Shown here: piece by piece, positions 7,267 to 15,341 of the stretch | Layout of the letters: each line of letters opens with the position of its first letter | Numbering within the stretch: the stretch's first letter is position 1 | NCBI GenBank assembly: GCA_041397725.1 | Contig: JAWKVZ010000010.1 | Coordinates: 9,108 to 33,107, forward strand | Direction of reading: 5' to 3' | Origin: Hyphomicrobiaceae bacterium | Lineage (GTDB): Bacteria; Pseudomonadota; Alphaproteobacteria; Rhizobiales; Hyphomicrobiaceae | Length of the DNA: 24,000 nt | Made by a program: the position numbers and the translations under genes | The notes under the pieces: model-generated | Told to the model about the DNA's origin: nothing | Seen by the model: only the letters and a program-made list of their open reading frames with translations | Database searches by the model: none

Positions 7267-8799
7267 TCAGGCCTCGTCGAGGCGGGCCTCGATGGCGCGC
7301 ACCAGCGTCTTCAGGACCTTGATGCGCGCGTACTGCTTGTCGTTGGCCTCGACGAGCGTCCATGGCGCGTAGGAGGTCGACGTGCGGTCGACCATCTCGC
7401 ACACCGCCGCCTCGTAGGCGTCCCACTTCTCCCGATTGCGCCAGTCCTCCTCGGTCAGCTTGAAGCGCTTGAACGGCGACGTCTCGCGCGCCTTGAAGCG
7501 CTTCAACTGCTCGTCCGCACTGATTGCCAGCCAGAACTTCGCTACGACCAGACCGTGCTCGTCGAGGTCTCGCTCGAAATCGGCGATTTCGGCGTAGGCG
7601 CGCTGCCAGTCGTGGGGTGCCGCGAACCCCTCGACCCGCTCGACGAGGACGCGCCCGTACCACGACCGGTCGTAAATGGCGAAGAAGCCCTTCATGGGCA
7701 AATGCCGCCAGAAGCGCCAGAGATAGGGCAGCCGCTTCTCCTCGTCGCTCGGCGCGGCGATCGAGATCGTCCGGTAGAAGCGCGCGTCGAGAGCTCCCGT
7801 GACGCGCCGGATCGCGCCGCCTTTGCCGGCAGCATCGCTGCCTTCGAAGACGCAGACGACGCCGGAACGCCGGAAGCGCTTCTCGCGCGAGAGCTTGTTG
7901 AGGCGGCCCTGCCATTTCTCCAGCGCCTGCGCGTACTCTTTCCCCTTGAGCGTCCTGTCGAGGTCGAGCGCGCGGATGACGTTGAGCCCGTCGAGCGCGT
8001 GCGTCGTTTCGGCGGGCGTGGCGCGCGCCTTCTTCGCCGCGGCGGGCCGAGCGGCTCGCAGAGCCCCGAGCACATGCTCGCCGACGCTGAGCGAGCGGTA
8101 TCTCGGTTCGTAGCCGGGCACGACGATCCAGGGCGCCTCGACGGTCGAGGTCTCCCGCAGGAAGTCCTCGCTGACCGCGACGAAGTCGTCGTAGAGCGCG
8201 AACCGCTTCACCTCCTCCTTGGGGACACGCCAGCGCGTTCTTGGATTGCCCCTGAGCTCCTGCATGCGCTGGCGCTGCTGCGACTTCGAGAGATGGAACC
8301 AGAACTTGAGCAGCACCACGCCCTCGGCGACGAGCATGCGCTCGAAGCGCTGGATCTCCTCGAGATGCCGCACGAAGTCGCCGCGCGACATGCGCCCCTG
8401 CACATGCTCGATGATCGGCATGGTGTGCCAGGCGCCGAAGAACACGCCGATCTTGCCCCTCGGCGGCAAGGCCCGCCAGAACCGCCACATGCGGGGCCGG
8501 GCGCTCTCCTCGTCGGTCGGCGGCGGGAAGGCCTGCACCTCGATCTGGCGCGGGTCCATCCAGGCGTTGAGCAGGTTGACCGTCTCGCCCTTGCCGGCAC
8601 CGTCCACGCCCGCGATCAGGATCAGGACCGCCCGGTCCTTCCTCTGGAAGAGGTCGTATTGGGCGTTGAGCAGTTCGGTGCGCAACGTCCCTTCGCGCGC
8701 GTCGTAGTCGGTCTTGGAGATCCTGTGATCGAGATTGGCGGATTCGAACATCGCGTCTGCAGCGTCCTTGCGTTGCCGCTGACGGTTGCCGGCAGACAT
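7267..8799 (-). CDS. pap: Two-domain polyphosphate kinase 2 (PPK2), polyphosphate:AMP phosphotransferase-like
   Basis: Two tandem PPK2 domains, each with a Walker A (GVDGAGKG and GSDAAGKGG) and the WRFW motif (MWRFWRALP and LWRFWRHLP). Start taken at MSAGNRQ (8799). The track ORF extends to 8859. Confidence 0.88.
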   Translation of the reverse strand: MSAGNRQRQRKDAADAMFESANLDHRISKTDYDAREGTLRTELLNAQYDLFQRKDRAVLILIAGVDGAGKGETVNLLNAWMDPRQIEVQAFPPPTDEESARPRMWRFWRALPPRGKIGVFFGAWHTMPIIEHVQGRMSRGDFVRHLEEIQRFERMLVAEGVVLLKFWFHLSKSQQRQRMQELRGNPRTRWRVPKEEVKRFALYDDFVAVSEDFLRETSTVEAPWIVVPGYEPRYRSLSVGEHVLGALRAARPAAAKKARATPAETTHALDGLNVIRALDLDRTLKGKEYAQALEKWQGRLNKLSREKRFRRSGVVCVFEGSDAAGKGGAIRRVTGALDARFYRTISIAAPSDEEKRLPYLWRFWRHLPMKGFFAIYDRSWYGRVLVERVEGFAAPHDWQRAYAEIADFERDLDEHGLVVAKFWLAISADEQLKRFKARETSPFKRFKLTEEDWRNREKWDAYEAAVCEMVDRTSTSYAPWTLVEANDKQYARIKVLKTLVRAIEARLDEA

Positions 8800-9208
8800 G
8801 CCGCCACCGCCCGGCGTCGATCGACTCGTCCACGTCAGGCTACGTCCCCCGACCCACACCTGTCATCGGTCCCGCGCCGCCTCAGCAGGACCGGTCCGAA
8901 ATACCGCTGTCGGATGATGCGACGGCGTTGCGACATCCGAGTGTCGGCAATGGGCACCGGGACCGGCAAAGCCCGCCAAACCGCCTGCGTCATCCCACAG
9001 AAGCAACCTGAAAGTCACCTGCAAGGAGCGTCCCGGGATTTCCCAGGCGGATGGAGACAAAGCAGAATTCTTTCATTGTGTTACTTACTTATACTCAAGT
9101 CCGACACTTCCGCCTCAACTTCGGACAGATTGTCGCAATACGTTAGCAACAGCTTGCTTTTCCATAGCTCCATCGCCTCTATCCCCGCGCTGAGTTAACA
9201 AGTACGGG

Positions 9209-9820
9209 ATGGACCAGATGAAGTGGTTTGCGTTGGGCCTTGCAGCCCTTATTGGAATTGTCTTCGCCACACCGGACGCGGAGGCGCGTCGCTACAAGGG
9301 CGAGCGTACAATCGAGGGACGAAAGGCGACACACAAGCGGACCTATCGCACGCGGACGACACGCCTGCGCAAGGTGCGCCGCAGCTACCGCTCGACACGC
9401 GCACATCGCCGCCAGCACTATCGCTCACGCGCCAGCCACCGCCGCTATGCACGGCCTGACGGCTACCGGCGCGCCTACACACGCACCGCCCGCTACACCC
9501 GCACATCGCGCCGCGAAGGCACCTTGCGCCTGACCAGCCTCGGCAGGCACAGCGGCGTCGGCGCCCGCCCGCGCAAGTGGTGCGGCTGGTGGATGCGCAC
9601 CCAGCTCGGCGGCGGTCCGGAGTTCAACGTCGCCTGGAACTGGCGCAAGTACGGCAGCCCGACGGGGCCCCAGGTGGGCGCCGTGGTCGTCTGGCGTCAC
9701 CACGTCGGCATCATCACGGGCCAGGCCTCCAACGGCCGCTGGATCGTGAAGTCCGGCAATGACGGGGGCCGCGTGCGTGAGCGCGCCCGCTCGGTCGCCG
9801 GGGCCGTCTTCCGCATCTGA
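9209..9820 (+). CDS. Secreted CHAP/NlpC-P60-like putative peptidoglycan hydrolase with a hyperbasic Arg/Tyr/Thr-rich tract
   Basis: 203 aa with an N-terminal signal-like segment MKWFALGLAALIGIVFATPDAEA. Residues 27-103 contain 27 Arg, 8 Tyr and 11 Thr by my count. The C-terminal roughly 85 aa carry a Cys...His pattern (RKWCGWWMR ... VVVWRHHVGII ... SGNDGGRV) like CHAP/NlpC papain-fold amidases. Confidence 0.6.
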   Translation: MDQMKWFALGLAALIGIVFATPDAEARRYKGERTIEGRKATHKRTYRTRTTRLRKVRRSYRSTRAHRRQHYRSRASHRRYARPDGYRRAYTRTARYTRTSRREGTLRLTSLGRHSGVGARPRKWCGWWMRTQLGGGPEFNVAWNWRKYGSPTGPQVGAVVVWRHHVGIITGQASNGRWIVKSGNDGGRVRERARSVAGAVFRI

Positions 9821-9967
9821 CACAGGCCACCGGGAACCTCGTCGCCGCGGACGGCACGCGCAAGCGTGACCGGCCGCGGCGCTCGCATGCCAGGTCACGA
9901 TGAGTTGGGCCGCGCGCCTCTGCCTGCGCCGGACGCGCGGAGAGCTTTCCTCGAGGGGGTGGCCGCT

Positions 9968-10585
9968 CTAGCGGGCCAGCTCGCGCAGGCCGCGGCGGAT
10001 GAGCTTGGCGGTATCGGCCTCCGCACCGAGCTCCTTGTGCGCCACGGCGATCGCCTGGCTGGCCTGCCCGGGGTTGTAGCCGAGATTGACCAGCGCCGAT
10101 ATCGCCTCCGCCGAGGCATTGCCGTCGGCGGGCGCGGCACGATCGCGTGCGCCCGTCGCCGGGACCACGAGACCGGCCACCGACAGCGCCGGCGCCTTGT
10201 CCTTGAGCTCCGCCACGATCCGCTGCGCGAGCTTCTTGCCGACGCCGGGGGCCTCCGCCACGGCCGCCCAGTCCTGGAGCGCAATGGCATTGGCCAGTTC
10301 CTGAGGACCGAGCGTGCCGAGAACGCCAAGCGCCACCTTGGCGCCGACGCCCTGAATGGACTGGAGCGTGCGAAACCAGGTTCGCTCGACCTCGCTCGCG
10401 AAGCCGAACAGGCGGATGGCGTCCTCGCGGACGTGCGTGTCGATGGTGAGCGAGACCTCGCCGCCGAGCGTCAGGCTGCGCAGGGTGCGCGAGGACAGCT
10501 GTACCTCGTAGCCGACGCCATTGACGTCGATGATGGCGTGGCTCTCGCCGATAGCATCGACCTTGCCTCTGAGTTTGCCGATCAA
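9968..10585 (-). CDS. ruvA: Holliday junction branch migration complex subunit RuvA
   Basis: 205 aa. [10 protein letters not shown]..., [10 protein letters not shown], and HhH motifs [13 protein letters not shown] and [20 protein letters not shown]. Confidence 0.95.
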   Translation of the reverse strand: MIGKLRGKVDAIGESHAIIDVNGVGYEVQLSSRTLRSLTLGGEVSLTIDTHVREDAIRLFGFASEVERTWFRTLQSIQGVGAKVALGVLGTLGPQELANAIALQDWAAVAEAPGVGKKLAQRIVAELKDKAPALSVAGLVVPATGARDRAAPADGNASAEAISALVNLGYNPGQASQAIAVAHKELGAEADTAKLIRRGLRELAR

Positions 10586-11100
10586 GCGCGGGCCTCCCTG
10601 GCAAGGCGCGCCGCCGGTGAACTGCGATGGCTGGCATGGCAGATGGCGATGGCGAGCGCGTCGGCCTCGTCTGCGGAGTCGAACTTCGCCTTGGGCAGCA
10701 GGAAGCCGACCATGGCCTGTACCTGCCGCTTCTCGCCATGCCCGGCCCCGGTCACGGTCTTCTTGATGACGTTCGGCGCATACTCGCTGACGGCGATGCC
10801 CTTGAGCGCCGGCACCAGCAGCGCGATGCCGCGGGCCTGACCCAGCTTCAGCGTCGCACGGGCATCCTTGTTGACGAACGTCTCCTCGACAGCCGCTTCA
10901 CGCGGAGCGAAAGCGGCGAGCACACTCGACAGCCCCTCGTAGATCTCGCGGAGGCGGTAGGCGAGCGTCTCGTCCGATTGGGAGGTGATGTGACCGCTCG
11001 CGACGTAGGCGAGCCGGACGCCATCCGACTCGACCACGCCCCAGCCCGTGCGGCGCAGCCCCGGATCTATGCCGATAATGCGAATCGAGTTTCCCATCAT
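10582..11100 (-). CDS. ruvC: Crossover junction endodeoxyribonuclease RuvC
   Basis: 172 aa. [36 protein letters not shown] and [14 protein letters not shown]. It overlaps the ruvA start by 4 nt. Confidence 0.95.
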   Translation of the reverse strand: MMGNSIRIIGIDPGLRRTGWGVVESDGVRLAYVASGHITSQSDETLAYRLREIYEGLSSVLAAFAPREAAVEETFVNKDARATLKLGQARGIALLVPALKGIAVSEYAPNVIKKTVTGAGHGEKRQVQAMVGFLLPKAKFDSADEADALAIAICHASHRSSPAARLAREARA

Positions 11101-11178
11101 GCGCCCTGGATAGCATGTCCGGCGTCTGGCATCCTCCGCTCACGGGAGCGCGCACAGAGATATCGGCGGGAGAGCGAG

Positions 11179-11502
11179 ATGAGACACCCGATTCTACTGA
11201 TGGCCGGCGTCACAATCATCATCGTGGCGCTGCTCATGCGCCGCTGGGCCGGCCGCAACAGCGTCACGGACTTGGCCGTCGACGCGGCCTGGGACGTGGC
11301 GCGCCGGCGCGGCAAGGGCTTCGCAGAGACGGACATGGGCCGTCACCTCGACGAGGTTCGCGCCGGCTCGCACGTCGGCCGCGCACGCAAGATCGCCGGG
11401 CTCGGTATCCGGCACGTGATCGCGCAGATCGTCGGCAAGCTGGCGCTTGCCGGCCTGCTCGGCGGCGCCGGGCTGACGGCCGCCGCCTTCCTGCTCAAGT
11501 AG
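11179..11502 (+). CDS. Small hypothetical membrane protein (two predicted hydrophobic helices)
   Basis: ATG 11179 follows GGGAGAG. 107 aa: MRHPILLMAGVTIIIVALLM... ending ...GKLALAGLLGGAGLTAAAFLLK. The upstream part of the 291-aa track ORF overlaps ruvC antisense and is not credible. No domain recognised. Confidence 0.45.
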   Translation: MRHPILLMAGVTIIIVALLMRRWAGRNSVTDLAVDAAWDVARRRGKGFAETDMGRHLDEVRAGSHVGRARKIAGLGIRHVIAQIVGKLALAGLLGGAGLTAAAFLLK

Positions 11503-11545
11503 TCGGTCCGGTCGTCGGTGCGAATAACCGGGCTCGCGCGTCGGC

Positions 11546-12295
11546 TCAGGCCGCCGTCAGTTTGGCCAGGACCTCCTGGTCCACCTCGAAATTCGAGTAG
11601 ACGGCCTGCACGTCGTCGTCGTCCTCGAGCGTGGCGATGAGCTTGAGGATGCTCCGGGCCTGCTCCTCGTCGACGGGCGCCGATACCTGCGGCCGCCACT
11701 CGGGCTTCACCGAGGTCGGCGCGCCGAGCGACTTCTCGAGGGCTGCCGCGACGGCGCCGAGGCCGTCGAAGGCGCACGTGACGATGTGGCCGTTGGCATC
11801 CGACTGCACGTCGTCGGCGCCCGCCTCGATGGCGGCCTCGAGCACCGCGTCTGCGGTTCCGGCATCCGGCGCGAAGACGATCTCGCCGACGCGCGCGAAC
11901 ATGTGCGAGACGGCGCCGGTGGAGCCGAGATTGCCGCCGTGCTTGGTGAAGGCCGCCCGTACGCCGCCGCCCGTGCGGTTGCGGTTGTCGGTCAGGGTCT
12001 CGACGATGACGGCGACGCCGCCGGGGCCGTAGCCTTCGTAGCGGATGGCCTCATAGGCCTCGGAGTCGCCGCCCTGCGCCTTCTTGATCGCCCGCTCGAT
12101 GTTGTCCTTGGGCATGTTCTCGGCGCGCGCATTCTGGATGGCGAGCCGCAGCTTGGGGTTCGAGTCGACGTCCGGACTGCCTTCCTTCACCGCGACGGTG
12201 ATCTCGCGCACGAGCTTCGAGAAGACCTTGGAGCGCGCTTTGTCCTGGCGCCCCTTCCGGTGCATGATGTTCTTGAATTGCGAATGACCTGCCAT
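11546..12295 (-). CDS. yebC: YebC/PmpR family DNA-binding transcriptional regulator
   Basis: Start taken at [28 protein letters not shown], the canonical family N-terminus. About 249 aa. Classic yebC-ruvC neighbourhood. Confidence 0.93.
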   Translation of the reverse strand: MAGHSQFKNIMHRKGRQDKARSKVFSKLVREITVAVKEGSPDVDSNPKLRLAIQNARAENMPKDNIERAIKKAQGGDSEAYEAIRYEGYGPGGVAVIVETLTDNRNRTGGGVRAAFTKHGGNLGSTGAVSHMFARVGEIVFAPDAGTADAVLEAAIEAGADDVQSDANGHIVTCAFDGLGAVAAALEKSLGAPTSVKPEWRPQVSAPVDEEQARSILKLIATLEDDDDVQAVYSNFEVDQEVLAKLTAA

Positions 12296-12596
12296 CGACG
12301 TCTCGTCCGGATCTGGGGTGGTGGTGGGGTTCGCCACCTTATACGTCCGCAGGCTCGCGAAATCCATGGGGTGCCACTTCGGCACGCCAGTTAACGCTTT
12401 ATTAATACTTTGGGCCTAGCTTGCAGACAGGATGCATTACATCCTTGTGCCGCGCCTGCTGCCCAGCGGCGGCACTACGGAGGCCAGGGAGTATCGAGCT
12501 TCCGACATTCGTGCCGACGAGGCGGGTCGCATTTCGCTTCGGGCACGCATCAAGACAGACAGCGGGATGCTGTCACGAAAGAGCCAGACCTCTTTC

Positions 12597-13421
12597 TCAT
12601 CTGACCCAGAATTGCGGCTCGGTAGGTCTCAGGACCCCACCGAGCCGCAAGGGTCCGACGGCCGTTGCCAGCCCTGTCCCGTCATCCACCTCGACCGCGA
12701 GACCGCAGATCGTAGCCGGCCCCATGGCCGGCTCGAACCGTCCGCTCGGAATGCGGGTCAGAAAGCGGTGGATCGGCTCGTCGGTGGTCATGCCGAGCAC
12801 CGAGTTGTAGTCACCGCACATCCCGACGTCGGACATGTACGCCGTGCCGCCGGGAAGGATGTGATCGTCAGCGGTAGGCGCATGGGTGTGCGTACCGACG
12901 ACGAGCGTCGCGCGCCCGTCCACGAAATGTCCCAGCGCCTGCTTTTCCGATGTCGCCTCGGCGTGGAAGTCGATGATCGCGACGTCGGCGCCCCCCTTGA
13001 GCCTGCAGGACGAGAGCTCCCGGTCGACGGCCCGGAACGGACAGTCGAGCTCGGCCATGAAGACCCGCCCCATGACATTGGTCACCAGCACATCGGCGCC
13101 GTTGCGTGCCTTGAAGAGGCCGACGCCGCGCCCTGGCGTGCCGGCCGGAAAGTTGAGCGGGCGCAGCATGCGCTCGTGTCGCCCGATGAAGACCAGCGCC
13201 TCCCGCTGGTCCCAGACGTGATTGCCGGTCGTCACCACGTCGGCGCCGGCGTCGAGCAGATCCACCAGGATGCTCTCGGTTATGCCGAACCCGCCGGCCG
13301 AATTCTCACCGTTGACCACGACGAAATCGAGATCGTAGCGTCGGCGCAGCTCGGGCAGCGCACCAATCACCGCATTGCGCCCGGAGCGCCCGACGACATC
13401 ACCGAGAAACAGCAGGCGCAC
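12597..13421 (-). CDS. ymdB: YmdB-family metallophosphoesterase (TIGR00282 type)
   Basis: 274 aa, GTG start. MRLLFLGDVVGRSGR, VVVNGENSAGGFGIT, TTGNHVWDQ and VGTHTHAPTADD are metallophosphoesterase motifs. It starts 6 nt after the ygfA stop. Confidence 0.88.
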   Translation of the reverse strand: MRLLFLGDVVGRSGRNAVIGALPELRRRYDLDFVVVNGENSAGGFGITESILVDLLDAGADVVTTGNHVWDQREALVFIGRHERMLRPLNFPAGTPGRGVGLFKARNGADVLVTNVMGRVFMAELDCPFRAVDRELSSCRLKGGADVAIIDFHAEATSEKQALGHFVDGRATLVVGTHTHAPTADDHILPGGTAYMSDVGMCGDYNSVLGMTTDEPIHRFLTRIPSGRFEPAMGPATICGLAVEVDDGTGLATAVGPLRLGGVLRPTEPQFWVR

Positions 13422-13427
13422 CGTGGA

Positions 13428-14015
13428 TCATCCCTCGAATTGTCTGGCGCCCGATGGGGTCAGAACCCAATCGAGGCGTTGATCGTAGTCGGCCACCGGC
13501 ACGTCCGCCAGCTCCTGCTCGTCGAAGGCCAGCCCCACGACGACGACAGGTCCGGCCCGCCGCAGCGCCGCCAGCGTACGGTCGTAGAAGCCTCCGCCAT
13601 AGCCGAGGCGATGTCCGCGGGCATCAAAAGCGAGCAATGGTGCAAGGACGACGTCCGGGCGCACCTCGGCGGCCGACGGCAACGGCTCGCGGATGCCCCA
13701 TACACCACGGCCCAGCGCGTCCCCCGGTGACCAAGCGCGGAAGACGAGCGGCTGCCCCTTGCCCACCACGACGGGCAGAGCCAGCTTCCAGCCCCCGCCC
13801 GCCAGTCGCTCGAGCAACGGCCGCGTATCGATTTCGGAGCCCATGGAATGGAAACCCGAGGCCGTCCGTCCGTGGCGCCCCGGCAGAAAGGCAAGGCCTC
13901 GGTTGGCGATCGCGGCAGCAGCAGCCGCGGCGCCTGCTGCGTGGACTGCCGTCCGCCGCGCCTCGCACTCGATCCTCAGCCGCGCCTTCTCGGCCCTCAG
14001 GTCCTCACTCGCCAT
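13428..14015 (-). CDS. ygfA: 5-formyltetrahydrofolate cyclo-ligase
   Basis: Start taken at MASEDLRAEKARLR (14015), giving about 195 aa. C-terminal LLAFDARGHRLGYGGGFYDRTL is the family signature. The track ORF extension to 14150 overlaps the upstream gene. Confidence 0.88.
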   Translation of the reverse strand: MASEDLRAEKARLRIECEARRTAVHAAGAAAAAAAIANRGLAFLPGRHGRTASGFHSMGSEIDTRPLLERLAGGGWKLALPVVVGKGQPLVFRAWSPGDALGRGVWGIREPLPSAAEVRPDVVLAPLLAFDARGHRLGYGGGFYDRTLAALRRAGPVVVVGLAFDEQELADVPVADYDQRLDWVLTPSGARQFEG

Positions 14016-14124
14016 CGGCGCTTTAGAGCAAATCGCTCGTCCGACGGCAAGCGCACGACACGCGGCATGACGGCTTTTGCGCGGGCTCTGCCGAGGGGTG
14101 CCGAACCGCTGGCTCTCGCCAGCC

Positions 14125-14550
14125 TCAGTCACGCAGGGATTTGATCCCACTCCACAGGCCGGCGAGCGCCATCGCCCCGATCAAGCCCGTCAGCACCAGG
14201 AACGAGACCAGCCTGTTGGTCAGATGGGACATGCCGAAGCTCGTCGTCACGCTGGCCGGTCCGGATCCCGGGCTCTGCATCGCGCGCACGGACTCACCAC
14301 CCGGTCGCCCGAGCATGAGATACTCGATCCGTTGCGAGCCTCCGGCGAGTTGTCGACCCGTCAGCTTCACATTGCAGAAGGCGACGACGAAGACGTACGT
14401 CTTGCACTTCGCCTCGTCGACCGCCACGCCGCGCGCCGGCACCAGGCTCTTGGCATCACGCCCGAAATCGGACATGAGCGGAGGCCCCAGGAGGTAAATG
14501 AGAAACGCACAAAGCGCTCCGAAGAAGAGTCCTGCCGCGATCTGTTTCAT
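14125..14550 (-). CDS. Hypothetical membrane protein (N- and C-terminal hydrophobic helices)
   Basis: 141 aa with a G-rich RBS (GGGGGGG) 4 nt before the ATG. MKQIAAGLFFGALCAFLIYLLGPP... ending ...LVSFLVLTGLIGAMALAGLWSGI. Reasonable GC3. No domain recognised. Confidence 0.55.
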   Translation of the reverse strand: MKQIAAGLFFGALCAFLIYLLGPPLMSDFGRDAKSLVPARGVAVDEAKCKTYVFVVAFCNVKLTGRQLAGGSQRIEYLMLGRPGGESVRAMQSPGSGPASVTTSFGMSHLTNRLVSFLVLTGLIGAMALAGLWSGIKSLRD

Positions 14551-14768
14551 GTTCCCCCCCTGCGGGATCGCCCCGCTGCAAACGTCTGTGGCGGCGGCCG
14601 TCCCTGGCCCGGCTCAGCCTGTAAGCGCGATACAGGATGATTCTTACAATTCGCTCAAGGATGGTCCGCCAGCGTCGCAACGCCGCGTACCGACGGCGAG
14701 CCCCGAGCAGCCCGACCGATCGACAGCGGCAGGGCCGGGCGCTGCGCCCGGCCGGCGGGATGACAGGA

Positions 14769-14970
14769 GGAAATGCAGAGCCGCCTGAGCCGTTGGAGAC
14801 GACGATCCCGCAAGGTCCCTACTGTCGTAGGTGGGCGCCGAGTGAACGGAACCACGGTCCCGATCAGGGTCAGCTCCCGTGCGGATCTTATAGGCCCCCG
14901 GGAACGAATTGCTCCTGACGCGCCCCGCAGCCCTGCGTCGGGGAATGTAGGGTGCAGCCCGGAAAAATCC
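14769..14970 (-). ncRNA. ssrS: Candidate 6S RNA (ssrS); boundaries approximate (+/- 30 nt)
   Basis: The 485 nt between the zapA stop (15036) and the next CDS start (14550) have no credible ORF, and this is the conserved zapA-ssrS-ygfA position. The minus strand has an AU-rich island (CCUAUAAGAUCC) in GC-rich context. It also has a CACC-CUAC-GACA-GUAGG hairpin resembling the E. coli 6S 3'-bubble hairpin (CACCUUGAACCAAGG). Hand-found long-range pairings are GGGCUGC/GCGGCUC, CGCAGGG/CCUUGCG and GGGCGC/GCGCCC. I could not derive a full fold by hand. Confidence 0.4.
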
Positions 14971-15035
14971 AGTGAAAGCCGCCAAACGGGAAATTTCAGG
15001 GGAGAAACCGGGTCGCCCCCGCCACCAGCGTGGTG

Positions 15036-15296
15036 TCAGGCGACATCGGCTGTGCGCGGCCTCGGGGCTGCAGCGTTCGCCGCGCCGAGCGCGCTTTTGG
15101 CGTCCCAGAGCTCATCGACGATCAGGATCGCCGCCATGAGCATCAGCCGGTCGTCGCCGACCTGGCCGAAATCCTGCGCCAGAGCTTCGACCCGCTCCTT
15201 GACGTGCCCGGCCAGAGCCAGCAATCGCTCCTCCTCGCCCTCGCCGCAGCGCAGGCGGTAGGTGCGTCCGTTCACTGTGACGGAGATCTGGCCCAT
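15036..15296 (-). CDS. zapA: Cell division protein ZapA
   Basis: Start at MGQISVTVNGRTYRLRCGEGEEERLLALAGHV (GAAGGGGG RBS). About 86 aa with the typical ZapA N-terminal pattern. Confidence 0.85.
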   Translation of the reverse strand: MGQISVTVNGRTYRLRCGEGEEERLLALAGHVKERVEALAQDFGQVGDDRLMLMAAILIVDELWDAKSALGAANAAAPRPRTADVA

Positions 15297-15341
15297 CGCC
15301 CCCTTCCCGCCATGGTCACAGAACGTCGGCGCCACGGCGAA

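Noticed and set aside
7555-9198. 547-aa plus-strand ORF and the 529-aa minus-strand ORF at 7244-8833
   Set aside because: Both overlap the two-domain PPK2 gene, whose frame carries duplicated Walker A and WRFW motifs. The alternatives read as compositional noise.
9287-9517. Possible DNA tandem repeat or CRISPR-like periodicity under the Arg/Tyr-rich tract
   Set aside because: The nucleotide sequence shows only compositional bias (cgc/acg-rich), with one degenerate duplication of about 18 nt. There are no exact repeats or spacers, so it is protein-level low complexity and not a repeat array.
9714-10840. 341-aa minus-strand and 324-aa plus-strand ORFs overlapping ruvA and ruvC
   Set aside because: They overlap the confidently identified ruvA/ruvC frames and have no independent support.
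12432-13730. 432-aa plus-strand ORF across ymdB and ygfA
   Set aside because: It is antisense to two well-supported genes, has no motifs, and spans their intergenic junction.
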